Positions 51,767 through 62,591 are shown, numbered from the stretch's first letter. The stretch is 64,000 bases of DNA from an uncultured Candidatus Saccharibacteria bacterium (GCA_946408595.1 CAMJSX010000002.1:31578-95577), one strand, 5' to 3'. Translations and numbers: made by a program. The notes: generated by a model not told the origin, from the sequence alone.

Positions 51767-51795
51767 TTGACAAGTCTTTAATCGTTCTATATAAT
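51767..51795 (+). promoter_or_regulatory. Consensus sigma70 promoter
   Basis: TTGACA-17 bp-TATAAT, exact. Confidence 0.9.
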
Positions 51796-51801
51796 ACGTC
51801 T

Positions 51802-52452
51802 TACTCGGTGGGGAGCGTAATATAACACAGTTTGACCGTGAATGCCCGCGCGCCGCATGGCTTATGCCAGGCCCGGCAACGCTAGCCTGGTAAGTGCCAG
51901 CATCAATAGGCAAATGGTCATAAAAACTAGAGGGCAGCGCCCGTCTAGCATCGAGACGCAGTATCGGATACTGACGTTAAACTCTGAGTTATATGATTTG
52001 TTTTGTCATAAGGGACCGCCCTTATCACAAGAACAAATGCCCCCCACCGGGGGCCAGTACTTTAAAATGGGGTTCGTGAGAAAAAACGAAAATCTTACCC
52101 AAGAAAGGAGGCAAGGATATTTGGAAGACACCTTCATGTGCTTCTCGGTCCGACGGCCGAAGTTGGAAAGATTGAGTCAGGTATTTGTACCTGCAAAGGA
52201 AGCAGAATTCCTCCTAAGAACATACAGAACCAAGAAAAGACGGACGATTTCTAATGCAAGTTGTGTCAGGCCGAAACACCTGATGTTGCCACATCATAAA
52301 CTGCATCCAGAATAACCTAGTTTTAAGGTTACACGTTCAAAAAACTATGAGGCTCTAGCCTAAATAGTCATTGTAGGCAAAGATTTTTCTTCAAGAAGTT
52401 TTTCTCCTTATATACCCCTCCAAAAGCCCCGGCAAATGCCGGGGCTAATTTT
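51802..52452 (+). ncRNA. Candidate large structured RNA of unknown family
   Basis: At least 12 hairpins or nested helices between a consensus promoter and a strong terminator; no recognisable protein. Confidence 0.6.
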
Positions 52453-52454
52453 TT
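52424..52454 (+). terminator. Intrinsic terminator
   Basis: agccccggc-aaat-gccggggct followed by aatttttt. Confidence 0.9.
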
Positions 52455-52559
52455 ACATTTTTCATTGTTTTATGTTATAATGATGAAAACTATGTCTCTT
52501 GTTTTTGAGTGTGGAGCTTAAAAGCGGACGAAAAGTATAATAAATTTAAAAAGGAGCAT

Positions 52560-54659
52560 ATGGCTACTGAGATTAAGGACCTGTCGAAACTTCGCAATAT
52601 TGGTATTATTGCACATATCGATGCAGGCAAAACTACTACTTCCGAGGCGATCCTTTATCGTACCGGACTTAAACACAAAATTGACCTTGTAAAAGGCGGC
52701 ACTGGTGGTGCTGAAACCGACTGGATGGAACAGGAAAAGGAACGTGGTATCACGATTACTTCTGCTGCTGTGACCGTTTATTGGAAGAATCATCAAATCA
52801 ACATTATTGATACACCGGGCCACATCGACTTTACCGCCGAAGTAGAACGTTCACTGCGTGTGCTCGATGGTGCCGTCGTGGTGTTCGATGGTAAAATGGG
52901 CGTCGAAGCTCAATCCGAAACTGTGTGGCGCCAAGCTACCAAATATGGTATTCCACGTATTTGTTTCGTTAACAAAATTAACCAAATCGGTGGTGATTTC
53001 TACAAATCACTTGATTCAATTCACAAGCGTTTGTCCAAGAACGCCGTTGCCATTCATTTGCCAATTGGTTTTGAAAAAGATATTTGTGGTGTCGTAGACC
53101 TCATCGACATGAAAGCCTACACCTACAAAGATTATGCTGATCATGAACTTACCGTTGGTGAAATCCCAGCCGATATGGTTGAAAAAGCCAAAAATGCTCG
53201 CTCCATGTTGATTGAAGAAGCCGTCCAAGCCGATGAAGCCTTGATGGATAAGTATTTCTCACAAGGTGAAGAATCAATCACCGAAATCGAACTTAAAGCC
53301 GCTCTTCGAAAACGCGTACTCGACGGTGACTTCTTCCTAGTTACCGGTGGCGATGGCCGTGGTGTGATTGTTGAGAAAGTTCTCGACCTCATGACCGACT
53401 ATCTTCCTTCTCCACTTGATCGTGACCAAGGTCAAACCATTGGTACCGATCCAAAAACTGGCGACCAAATTGTCCGCAAAGCCGCCAACTCAGAACCTCT
53501 TACAGCTCTTGCGTTTAAGATTGCTACTGACCCATTCGTAGGTAAACTAATCTTCATCCGTGTATATGCTGGTACTCTCAAATCTGGTGATACCGTGATG
53601 AATGCTACAACCGGCGATAAGGAACGCATCGGCCGCTTGGTCCGTATGTATGCCAACGATCGTAATGAGATTTCTGAAATCACCGCTGGCGATATTGCCG
53701 CTGTGGTAGGTCTCAAAAACTGTACTACTGGTACAACCATTTGTAGCCCAGCCCATCCAATCTTACTTGAATCGATTGATTTCCCAGATCCACCGGTATC
53801 TATCGCAGTTGAGCCAAAGACTAAAGCCGATCAGGAAAAAATGGGCATCGGTCTTTCCAAGCTCGCTGAAGAAGATCCTACCTTCCGCGTTCATACTGAT
53901 GAAGAGACCGGCCAAACCATTATTTCAGGTATGGGTGAGCTTCACCTCGAAATCATTATCGATCGTCTGAAGCGTGAACATGGCGTCGAAGCCAACACTG
54001 GTGCTCCACAAGTAGCTTACCGCGAAACCATCCGTGGTGTAGCCGAAGCCCAAGGTAAGCACATCAAGCAGTCTGGTGGTCGTGGTCAATACGGTGACGT
54101 TTGGATTAAGTTTGAGCCAAATGAACCAGGCAAAGGCTTTGAGTTTATTGACCAGATTAAAGGTGGTGTGGTGCCTCAAGAATACCGCAAACCAGTTCAA
54201 AAAGGTGTGGAAGACACCTTGGCTGGCGGCGTTATTGCCGGCTACCCAGTAGTTGACGTTAAAGCGACACTTTATGATGGTTCCTACCACGATGTCGACT
54301 CCTCTGAGCTCGCCTTCACCCTTGCTGGTGCGCTTGCTACTCGCGAAGGTATCAAGAAAGCTAACCCAGTGTTGCTCGAACCAGTAATGAAGATGGAAAT
54401 TACCACTCCAGAAGAATTCATGGGCGACGTTATTGGCGATATCAACTCACGCCGTGGCCGCATCGACGAAATGGAAGACTTGAATGGTGGCGCTAAGCTC
54501 ATTAAAGCTTTCTGTCCACTCGCCAATCTCTTCGGCTACACTGGCGACCTCCGCGGTATGACCCAGGGTCGTGCAGCTTCTTCAATGGAGCTCTTCGCTT
54601 ACGAAGAAGTACCACCAAACGTAGCACAAGAAATTATTGAGAAAAGAAATTCGAAATAA
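52560..54659 (+). CDS. fusA: Elongation factor G
   Basis: [26 protein letters not shown]; RBS AAGGAG. Confidence 0.99.
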   Translation: MATEIKDLSKLRNIGIIAHIDAGKTTTSEAILYRTGLKHKIDLVKGGTGGAETDWMEQEKERGITITSAAVTVYWKNHQINIIDTPGHIDFTAEVERSLRVLDGAVVVFDGKMGVEAQSETVWRQATKYGIPRICFVNKINQIGGDFYKSLDSIHKRLSKNAVAIHLPIGFEKDICGVVDLIDMKAYTYKDYADHELTVGEIPADMVEKAKNARSMLIEEAVQADEALMDKYFSQGEESITEIELKAALRKRVLDGDFFLVTGGDGRGVIVEKVLDLMTDYLPSPLDRDQGQTIGTDPKTGDQIVRKAANSEPLTALAFKIATDPFVGKLIFIRVYAGTLKSGDTVMNATTGDKERIGRLVRMYANDRNEISEITAGDIAAVVGLKNCTTGTTICSPAHPILLESIDFPDPPVSIAVEPKTKADQEKMGIGLSKLAEEDPTFRVHTDEETGQTIISGMGELHLEIIIDRLKREHGVEANTGAPQVAYRETIRGVAEAQGKHIKQSGGRGQYGDVWIKFEPNEPGKGFEFIDQIKGGVVPQEYRKPVQKGVEDTLAGGVIAGYPVVDVKATLYDGSYHDVDSSELAFTLAGALATREGIKKANPVLLEPVMKMEITTPEEFMGDVIGDINSRRGRIDEMEDLNGGAKLIKAFCPLANLFGYTGDLRGMTQGRAASSMELFAYEEVPPNVAQEIIEKRNSK

Positions 54660-54665
54660 TATAAC

Positions 54666-54701
54666 AAAATAACCGAGGTTTCAAGCCTCGGTTATTTTTT
54701 T
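54666..54701. terminator. Bidirectional intrinsic terminator
   Basis: aaaataaccgagg-...-cctcggttatttt. Confidence 0.9.
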
Positions 54702-54711
54702 GTATCAGTTA

Positions 54712-57700
54712 TCAACGATCTAAGAATTTCTTTCTTACTTGGAGCTTCCTTATAGCGCCATAGGAGCAAATCATTGCAACAGGAACAATCACGCTCACCA
54801 CTACTATACTTCTTTCGCTACCGCCATTCACATTACCCGTAAAGTAACCAGTATCCGGCACCGAAGTGAGAAGATAGAACGTCTCATCTAAATTCCCATA
54901 GTCTTCGTGCCTGATGAGCAGAGTCCCGCCAAGATATACATCTTCAAATATTACCACATCCATATCGGTAAGCCCAGAAGCATCAAATTCATAAACCATC
55001 TCGGTTTCACCACAAGTATTCTCAGGAATAAAGGTGATAGTTTGTTCAACGGTCTTACCATCTATCAATAGTGGTTTTTCGGCACTCTTATCCATCAAGA
55101 TACCTTTTACTTTATATTTAAGACCAGCCTTTAGACAATACCTCACTACGTCTCTAATCTTCACCACGCCAGAAGAGATTAATACGTCTTTGCTTCCAGT
55201 CTCCATATTAGTTGCATAGGTAGTCAAATCTATAATGTAGACAGTTTGGCCCTCATCCTCAATGTCCTCATGAGACATAATCAGATCGTCATCGTAATAT
55301 AACTTTTCAAAGACAACTAAGTCATGGCCTGCAAGGGAAGAAGTGTCAACTTCAAAGATCATTTCAGCTTCACCACATGCATCTGTTGTGACTACTTCAA
55401 TTGATTCCTCAATTATCTCGCCATCTTTCTTTAGAGCTTCTCCTGTTTCTTTATCCATTAGAACACCCTTAAATGTAAACGTCGTATTTGGTTTCAAACA
55501 GTACTTAATAGTGTCTTTTATTGTAGCTTTTTCGTCAGATTCAACCTGTTTTTTAAGAATTACTGGATCAACCTCTTCCTCTTCTTCCTCTTCTTCGCCC
55601 TCTTCTTCACCTTCCTCCTCACCATCTTGTTCGCCTTCATCATCTTTCTTCAAGTCTCCACCCATATCTATTTCTTCAGGTTCAGGTTCTGGCTCTTCTT
55701 CCTCTTCTTTGCCATTTTCAGCAAAGGTCGAAAAGTCAATCACACTAACCGTCTGAGCTGCATCATTAACATCTTCATGGGCAGCCACGATGCGATTACC
55801 TTGGTAAACTCTTTCGAAGACTACAATCTCATGGCCAGCAAGAAGTGAAGTATCTAATTCAAACACCATCTCAGCTTGCCCACAAGCACCTTCTGTAGTA
55901 ATATCAACTGACTCTTCAATCGCCGCACCATTTACCATCAAGGCCTCACCAGTAGCTTTATCAACTAAAGTACCCTTAATTGTAAATGCAGTATTTGGCT
56001 TCAAACAATAATTAATAGTATCTTTAATCTTTGAGGAAGGATTAATCTCGATGAATTTATCCTCATCAGCATTATCAACGGCAGTAGTGCCAAGACTTAT
56101 AATGTCAACCGTTTGTGCTGGATCATTAATGTTTTCATGCGTTACAACCGTTTTATTGCCTTGATATGCCGTTTCGAAAACTACGATTTCGTGGCCAGCA
56201 AGAGCAGAGGCATCAAGCTCAAAGACCATATCAATACTACCGCAATTCTCCGTTGGAGTAACTTTAACAGACTCTTCTACCGTAGCACCATTAATCATCA
56301 AGGCTTCACCAGTAGCTTTATCCATCAAAACACCTTTAATTGTATATTCCGTTCCAGCCTTGAGACAATAAACTATTCTATCTTTAATTTTTGCGCCAGA
56401 TTCAGCCACTACATATTTGTCAGCATCCTTGTTATCCGTTGCAGTAGTACCAAGGCTAACTATATTAATAGTCTGTGCTGCATCGTCAATATCTTCATGG
56501 ACGGCCACAAATTTATCACCTTCATAGGCTCTTTCAAATACCACAATTTCGTGGCCAGCTAAAGCAGAAGCGTCAAATTGGAAAGTCATTTGAGTTTGAC
56601 CGCATTCCTCAGTCGGGGTAAAGGTAATAGTTTGCTCAATAACTTGTCCATTTGAATCCTTAATAAATAGCCCGGTCGTCTTATCCATTAAAGTACCTTT
56701 AATAGTAAACTCCGCACCAACTCTAAAACAATAGTCTATAGTATCTTTGATTTTGGCTTGAGTCCCCGCAATAATGTTTTTATCACCATCTGAATTATCT
56801 ACAGCAGTAGTGCCAAGAGTATAACTAAAACAATCATTTTCCCAATTACCTAAATCAACCACTACGTTGTTGCTGCTTACCTCAAAGATTTTTTTCTGAG
56901 ATTCTATATCGATACAAGTATTATTTGCGTCACAAGAAAGCTCGATTATTTCGTAAGTATCATATGGCAGGGCACCAAGAGAGTTATCGGCAGCCGCAAC
57001 ATCGCTACTAGACGCACTTTTACCGAACCAAGTACCATAACCTTGATAGGTAATAGTATTAATATCGCTAATACTATCATAACCATTCGTATGATTCGTG
57101 TGAGCATTGACGCTTGATGCCGTATTTACTACACCATGTGAATCAGTCACTACGATATGAGATTCACCAGTAGTTTTTGAAGTAATTCTAAACGGAATAT
57201 TCGCCATCTCTTGACCATTTTGATCAACCTTCTTGAACTTCACGTCACCACGAACAACTTGGTTACTAAAAGTGACGCTGTAGCTAGTAGAACTATCTAT
57301 AGTTACACTGGAACCAGTAGTAGTTAGATAACCCATGCTGTTACCGACTTCTTCAACGTCGTAGTTTCCATAAGGCAAATTATCAAAAGAAACGCTACAA
57401 TCAGTGGCACCAAGTGTTTTTTCAGCCACCACGCCACCATTATTAATAGTATTGCCACCATAATTAATTGGATTAGCCGATTTATTAATCACTCGGAATT
57501 TAATGCCGGCAAATTTTGCCTTACCAAGTTGGTTGCAGGAGCCTAACTCTTTATCTTTTTTATAAACTGTAATGGAACCTTTTTTCACATCATCTTCAAA
57601 GGTCACCGTCTTGGTCTCACCATTAGTAGAAATAGTGACGCCTTGAGAAGCTGTAGCGGTCAAATCGTAGCTAGTATTAGTACCAGTCTCTTTTACTGAA

Positions 57701-58575
57701 TAAGTGCCGGCTGGTAAGTTTGAGAAAGTCGCTACGCCACTAGCATTAGTAGTGCCAGAAGCAACCAATGCACCATTATCATAGAATTGGTTGGTTTGTT
57801 GGCTATAAATCCGACTACCGCTATTATTATATACACTAAAGGTTATACCCTGAAGGCTAGCACCACCTTGTGGAGTAGCAGTATGAGTTACTGAATCGCG
57901 CTTTTGAACTTTAATGTTGCCAGCCTTATAATCGTTCTCAGCCCACATAATATCTTGGTACTCGCCATTATCAGCATAGGCTGTGCCACTTCGGTCGATC
58001 GTGTAAAGCTGATAGTTTTTAGCTATCACCCAAGCATTAGCATCACTACTAATTAGATTACGTAATTTAGTAATAATTCCATTAACCATAGACTGATCAG
58101 AAGAACTTAAGCGATGATAATCATTAGCATAAATCGCGCCGATTACCGCATGAGAATAGGCATAACGTTTATCGGCATCACTAATACTGCTAAATAAATC
58201 ATTCATTATTGGTCTAGTAATTGAGTTATCAACGGTAGAAACATAAATCATTAATCTGATTAGCCTATTATTCTCTGTATCTGGCAACTTTATGGCCGGG
58301 AAAGTACCTTCAAGTGACTTTTTGCTCGGGTTAGCACAATACCCAGTAATATTTTGGCCACCAGTAGTCACCGAAAAAACACTAGTAGCCCAACCCTGAC
58401 CATATCTAATACTTTCGCCCTTGGAAATTCTAACACTGGCACCATCTTCAGTAACCGCATTAACCTGGGATTGGACGTGCTTTATTGCACCAATCGCCAC
58501 ACTTATTAATGTAATAGCCAAAAAACTGGCTAAAACAACTTTTTTAAAAATAGTTTTTTTATTTAACAAAAGCAT
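54712..58575 (-). CDS. Surface adhesin: candidate thioester domain, 3 SpaA/CnaB-like domains, 5 VaFE/T-Q ester repeats, VPDTG anchor
   Basis: YCANP and YQDIM; KRD/KKD/KKVD domains; VVFE...HEDxxDxxQT repeats; VPDTGYF-TM-basic tail. Confidence 0.85.
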   Translation of the reverse strand: MLLLNKKTIFKKVVLASFLAITLISVAIGAIKHVQSQVNAVTEDGASVRISKGESIRYGQGWATSVFSVTTGGQNITGYCANPSKKSLEGTFPAIKLPDTENNRLIRLMIYVSTVDNSITRPIMNDLFSSISDADKRYAYSHAVIGAIYANDYHRLSSSDQSMVNGIITKLRNLISSDANAWVIAKNYQLYTIDRSGTAYADNGEYQDIMWAENDYKAGNIKVQKRDSVTHTATPQGGASLQGITFSVYNNSGSRIYSQQTNQFYDNGALVASGTTNASGVATFSNLPAGTYSVKETGTNTSYDLTATASQGVTISTNGETKTVTFEDDVKKGSITVYKKDKELGSCNQLGKAKFAGIKFRVINKSANPINYGGNTINNGGVVAEKTLGATDCSVSFDNLPYGNYDVEEVGNSMGYLTTTGSSVTIDSSTSYSVTFSNQVVRGDVKFKKVDQNGQEMANIPFRITSKTTGESHIVVTDSHGVVNTASSVNAHTNHTNGYDSISDINTITYQGYGTWFGKSASSSDVAAADNSLGALPYDTYEIIELSCDANNTCIDIESQKKIFEVSSNNVVVDLGNWENDCFSYTLGTTAVDNSDGDKNIIAGTQAKIKDTIDYCFRVGAEFTIKGTLMDKTTGLFIKDSNGQVIEQTITFTPTEECGQTQMTFQFDASALAGHEIVVFERAYEGDKFVAVHEDIDDAAQTINIVSLGTTATDNKDADKYVVAESGAKIKDRIVYCLKAGTEYTIKGVLMDKATGEALMINGATVEESVKVTPTENCGSIDMVFELDASALAGHEIVVFETAYQGNKTVVTHENINDPAQTVDIISLGTTAVDNADEDKFIEINPSSKIKDTINYCLKPNTAFTIKGTLVDKATGEALMVNGAAIEESVDITTEGACGQAEMVFELDTSLLAGHEIVVFERVYQGNRIVAAHEDVNDAAQTVSVIDFSTFAENGKEEEEEPEPEPEEIDMGGDLKKDDEGEQDGEEEGEEEGEEEEEEEEVDPVILKKQVESDEKATIKDTIKYCLKPNTTFTFKGVLMDKETGEALKKDGEIIEESIEVVTTDACGEAEMIFEVDTSSLAGHDLVVFEKLYYDDDLIMSHEDIEDEGQTVYIIDLTTYATNMETGSKDVLISSGVVKIRDVVRYCLKAGLKYKVKGILMDKSAEKPLLIDGKTVEQTITFIPENTCGETEMVYEFDASGLTDMDVVIFEDVYLGGTLLIRHEDYGNLDETFYLLTSVPDTGYFTGNVNGGSERSIVVVSVIVPVAMICSYGAIRKLQVRKKFLDR

Positions 58576-58762
58576 TTTTTTATGTTCCGTTTTTATGTGA
58601 TAACCTTTTACAACATGCATTATATATAATAATTATGCTTTTGTCAACATTTTTTTAAAAAATCCCTTTACATTTTGGTCAAAATAGTCTAAAATAATAA
58701 AGTAGAGTTTTGGAGCTGGTTTTTATTAGCGCTCCAAACATAATAATATAAAAGGAGAATGA

Positions 58763-59947
58763 ATGGCAAATTTTGACCGTTCCAAGCCGCACATCAACGT
58801 CGGCACCATGGGTCACGTCGACCATGGTAAAACCACTTTAACTGCTGCGATTACTACTGTTCTCGCAAAAAGACTCCCATCGGACGTTAACAAACCGGTG
58901 GCCTATGATCAGATTGATAACGCTCCTGAAGAAAAAGCTCGTGGTATCACCATCGCTACTTCTCACCAAGAGTACGAATCTGAAAAGCGTCACTATGCCC
59001 ACGTCGATATGCCAGGGCACGCTGACTACATTAAGAACATGATTACCGGTGCTGCACAGGTCGATGGCGCTATCCTCGTGGTAGCTGCTAACGATGGTCC
59101 TTTGCCACAAACTCGTGAGCACGTACTTCTCGCTCACCAGGTGAATGTGCCAAAGATCATTGTGTTCTTAAACAAAATGGATCTCGCTGATCCAGAACTC
59201 GTCGAACTCGTTGAAATGGATGTTCGCGAACTTTTGAACAAATATGGTTTCGATGGCGACAACGCTCCAATCATCAAGGGTTCTGCTACTAAGGCTCTCG
59301 AAGGTGACAAGGAAAACGAAGATGCTATCATGGAACTCGTCCATGCTATGGATGAATACTTTGATATTCCAGAACACGATCTTGACAAACCATTCTTGAT
59401 GCCAATCGAGGACGTCTTTTCAATCAAAGGCCGTGGTACTGTAGCTACTGGTCGTATTGAGCAAGGTGTTGTTAAATTGAACGACGAAGTTGAAATCGTT
59501 GGTCTTAAAGAAACTCAAAAATCAGTCGTGACTGGTATTGAGGCCTTCCACAAGACTCTCGACCAAGGTCAAGCTGGCGATAACGCTGGTCTTCTCCTTC
59601 GTGGTATCGAGCGTGATCAAATTGAACGTGGCCAGGTGATTGCTAAGCCAGGTTCAATTACCCCACACACCGAATTTGAGGCACAAGTTTACATCTTGAA
59701 GAAAGAGGAAGGCGGCCGCCACACTCCATTCTCCAAGGGTTACAAGCCACAGTTCTACTTCCGCACCACCGATGTGACTGGTGAAGTTGAGCTTCCAGCC
59801 GATAAGGAAATCGTAATGCCTGGTGACCAAGTTACCTTCAACGTGAAGCTCTTGGCTCCAGTCGCTATGAACAACAACGACCGCTTTGCTATCCGCGAAG
59901 GTGGCAAGACCGTCGGTTCTGGTGTTATCACCAAGGTGCTCAAGTAA
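58763..59947 (+). CDS. tuf: Elongation factor Tu
   Basis: [29 protein letters not shown]. Confidence 0.99.
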   Translation: MANFDRSKPHINVGTMGHVDHGKTTLTAAITTVLAKRLPSDVNKPVAYDQIDNAPEEKARGITIATSHQEYESEKRHYAHVDMPGHADYIKNMITGAAQVDGAILVVAANDGPLPQTREHVLLAHQVNVPKIIVFLNKMDLADPELVELVEMDVRELLNKYGFDGDNAPIIKGSATKALEGDKENEDAIMELVHAMDEYFDIPEHDLDKPFLMPIEDVFSIKGRGTVATGRIEQGVVKLNDEVEIVGLKETQKSVVTGIEAFHKTLDQGQAGDNAGLLLRGIERDQIERGQVIAKPGSITPHTEFEAQVYILKKEEGGRHTPFSKGYKPQFYFRTTDVTGEVELPADKEIVMPGDQVTFNVKLLAPVAMNNNDRFAIREGGKTVGSGVITKVLK

Positions 59948-59961
59948 TATCGCACTGATAC

Positions 59962-59993
59962 AAAAATAACTCCCGCAAGGGAGTTATTTTTTT
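59962..59993. terminator. Bidirectional intrinsic terminator
   Basis: aaaaataactccc-gcaa-gggagttattttt. Confidence 0.9.
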
Positions 59994-60003
59994 ATTTTAG
60001 AAT

Positions 60004-60876
60004 CTAGCGAATTTCTTTGAGATCGTACTTTTTACTAGCTGGCTCCTCTAGTAACTCAGGATTTTCCAGTAAATACTGCAACAAATCAGCTGATTTAGCA
60101 AAATAATAGCCATCGGCCGGACGTTCATCAAAGTTCATCCCCCATTCACACATTTTACGAACTACCTTTTTACCATCAATAATCACTTCCTCATCTTTAA
60201 TCTCACCCATCGTGAGAAGGGAAGAAGAATTACCAAAATCTGTAATGTTATGGAAAATCGCGCCACAACCAATTGAACCGAGATTGGAAACAATCATCGT
60301 GCTGTAATAAAGATTGTCTTCGCCAAGCGAAGCCGGAAGCAAACCTTTTTTATCCATCCACTTCAAGAATCCAACCAGCGGGACGCGAACAACATTCGGC
60401 ATTTTACCAAGAACATCAATCGCAGAATTGGCGCCTTTTTTGGCAGAATCCTTATTAGAACGCTTCTCCCTAAAGCTATTGACCTTTTTTCGGACTTTGT
60501 CACCAATTGAATAAATAGTATCATCCTTATCGATCGGAATCATCACCATCATTTCTTCAGAATGGTCATCAAAACTCACTTTTGCCACAAAAGACAAAAC
60601 TATCTTATCGTGTTCCCAAATATGCCGATTAGCCACAAAATAATTCAGTTTCGGCCGATTATAAACTGTCTTCCCAATCGCCGTGAGGAAAGCATGGAAA
60701 TAAGTCACCTCTTCACCGGCCTTTTTCTTCTTATCGATATACTTTACTAGATTAGTGAGGTCCATTTTTTGATTAATATAGACATCACTGACGCTCCGGT
60801 TTGGTTTCAAATCAATACTGATTTGTGCCATACCAGTCACATTTTTAACCCTGTGGGCTCCTCCATATCTTTTCAT
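60004..60876 (-). CDS. Stand-alone 2-oxoacid dehydrogenase E2-like acyltransferase domain
   Basis: VYNRPKLN, TMIVSNLGSIG, FDERPADG. Confidence 0.8.
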   Translation of the reverse strand: MKRYGGAHRVKNVTGMAQISIDLKPNRSVSDVYINQKMDLTNLVKYIDKKKKAGEEVTYFHAFLTAIGKTVYNRPKLNYFVANRHIWEHDKIVLSFVAKVSFDDHSEEMMVMIPIDKDDTIYSIGDKVRKKVNSFREKRSNKDSAKKGANSAIDVLGKMPNVVRVPLVGFLKWMDKKGLLPASLGEDNLYYSTMIVSNLGSIGCGAIFHNITDFGNSSSLLTMGEIKDEEVIIDGKKVVRKMCEWGMNFDERPADGYYFAKSADLLQYLLENPELLEEPASKKYDLKEIR

Positions 60877-61035
60877 ACTTTTATTCTAACACAAAAAACC
60901 ACCAAAGGCGCTAAATTGACTTTTTGCCCAAGGTGTGATATAATGGGAGTATATATCAATTAATTATCAATCCCTAAAAACTTATCGACTTACCATCTAA
61001 GTGTAAATCTAAGGTTATAGGGACGAAAGGAAACC

Positions 61036-61362
61036 ATGACTGAAGCTAAAAAAGACGAAGGCCTCACTATTCGCATTCGTCTCAAAGCTTATGATCACCG
61101 CGTGATTGATCAAAGCGCTCGCCAAATCGTCGATACAGCGATTCGTACTGGCGCCAAAATCAGCGGTCCAATCCCTCTACCAACCAAACGCAGCACCTTT
61201 ACCGTTGTAAAGTCGCCACACGTTTACAAAACTGGCGGTGAAGCTTTCGAAATGAAAGTTCACAAGCGCCTCATTGACATCTCAAATGCCAACCCAAAGA
61301 CGATTGAAAGCTTGCAAAATCTTTCACTCCCAGCTGGCGTAGATGCTGAAATTAAGATGTAA
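61036..61362 (+). CDS. rpsJ: 30S ribosomal protein S10
   Basis: [32 protein letters not shown]. Confidence 0.99.
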   Translation: MTEAKKDEGLTIRIRLKAYDHRVIDQSARQIVDTAIRTGAKISGPIPLPTKRSTFTVVKSPHVYKTGGEAFEMKVHKRLIDISNANPKTIESLQNLSLPAGVDAEIKM

Positions 61363-61370
61363 TAAAGAAG

Positions 61371-61402
61371 AAAAAATCCCCGATAAAATCGGGGATTTTT
61401 TT
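61371..61402. terminator. Bidirectional intrinsic terminator after rpsJ
   Basis: aaaaaatccccgat-aaa-atcggggattttttt. Confidence 0.9.
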
Positions 61403-61403
61403 A

Positions 61404-62591
61404 CTAGGATTTTTTGGGGGCGAGGGGTTGAGAAACAATAGCCCTCAAAAGACCATCTGGCTCACGGTACACATAGACGTAATAATTATCCACGCCTACA
61501 AACCCGACGATAACATCGTCGGAAATGTTCGAACGTAGAATAAAATTATTACGCGCACCCATAGAAAAGTCGGCAGTCAAGATATCTTCGTGCTTCAAAT
61601 AGTCTTCGGCCAAACGTTTAATTTTTTGGCTCTCCGAAAGTTTGGCGATGACTAGAATGGGCTTTTCATTAATCACCGTAAAAAGCACCGCTGTGTCTTC
61701 GGCTCCGCTAACTTGGAGTTCCATGTCTTCGTCGGCGTACAACAAGCTACGACGACAATCGATACACTCGAAAATACCACCACCGAGATTAGCGTTTTTG
61801 TGATTGGGAGTTTTCTTGCTAATCTCATAAAGAGATTTCAAGGTGCCGCAATCATGCCACTCAAAGTTACCCACCGCAACCTTGAGGCTGTTGAAACGTT
61901 CCATCATTTCATCTGTCGAAATTCCTTTAAAGGGTCGCCCGGTGAAAAGTCGATTGATAGTATCGGCTCGCCAAACGTTAATACCGGTGTTACAGGCCGA
62001 ATTACCTTGACGCATAATTTTGTCAGCCAAAGCACGATCTGGTTTTTCGACAAAATTAACAACTGGGAAACAAGGGCCATAGTCTTCTTTATAAATGGCA
62101 TGGCCACAACCCATAGCGGTGACGATGTCACCAACCTTTACGCCGATAATTACTACGTCGTCGCTCCCATCAACTTGGAAAAAAGCTGACTTAATAGTAT
62201 TTCTGAAATCTTCATCGGCGGAAAGATATTGGTCGGAAGGGGTACTAATCACGACGGCATTTTTATCCAATAGATAAATACATTGCGTGGCATAAATCAT
62301 GGCTCCGGCATAGCCGAGACTTGGATCGACCTGGATGATGTTCTGAGAGAGAATCCCTCTTGATAAACATTGTCTTCTAGCCAAAGCAGTCTGAGTCTCA
62401 TTTGTGGTAATGACAATCATACGAGTTCTTTTGATATTGAGAGATGCAAAATTCTCAACAACGGCCTGAATAAAAGTGTTCTTTTTATTCAACTGACAAA
62501 ATTGTTTTGGGCAATTAGGATGGCTGATGGGGAATAGGCGAGTGCCTTGTCCGCCAGCGATAATTGCTACCCAAAGATGATCTGTGTCCAT
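61404..62591 (-). CDS. Mannose-1-phosphate guanylyltransferase-like nucleotidyltransferase
   Basis: IIAGGQGTRLFPIS..PKQF, PSDQ, FVEKP, WHDCG; RBS AGGAGGTG. Confidence 0.85.
   Translation of the reverse strand: MDTDHLWVAIIAGGQGTRLFPISHPNCPKQFCQLNKKNTFIQAVVENFASLNIKRTRMIVITTNETQTALARRQCLSRGILSQNIIQVDPSLGYAGAMIYATQCIYLLDKNAVVISTPSDQYLSADEDFRNTIKSAFFQVDGSDDVVIIGVKVGDIVTAMGCGHAIYKEDYGPCFPVVNFVEKPDRALADKIMRQGNSACNTGINVWRADTINRLFTGRPFKGISTDEMMERFNSLKVAVGNFEWHDCGTLKSLYEISKKTPNHKNANLGGGIFECIDCRRSLLYADEDMELQVSGAEDTAVLFTVINEKPILVIAKLSESQKIKRLAEDYLKHEDILTADFSMGARNNFILRSNISDDVIVGFVGVDNYYVYVYREPDGLLRAIVSQPLAPKKS

Noticed and set aside
51842-52315. 157-aa ORF in the track
   Set aside because: Starts at GTG without an RBS, runs through dense hairpins, no recognisable domain; only the 64-codon TTG sub-ORF (52121-52315) remains possible
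51802-52452. tmRNA, RNase P, SAM-I riboswitch or DGR template as identity of the structured region
   Set aside because: No T-arm/CCA end or tag frame; no GAGGAAAGUCC; only a short cccggcaac resemblance to SAM-I; no similarity to the 21846-22028 region
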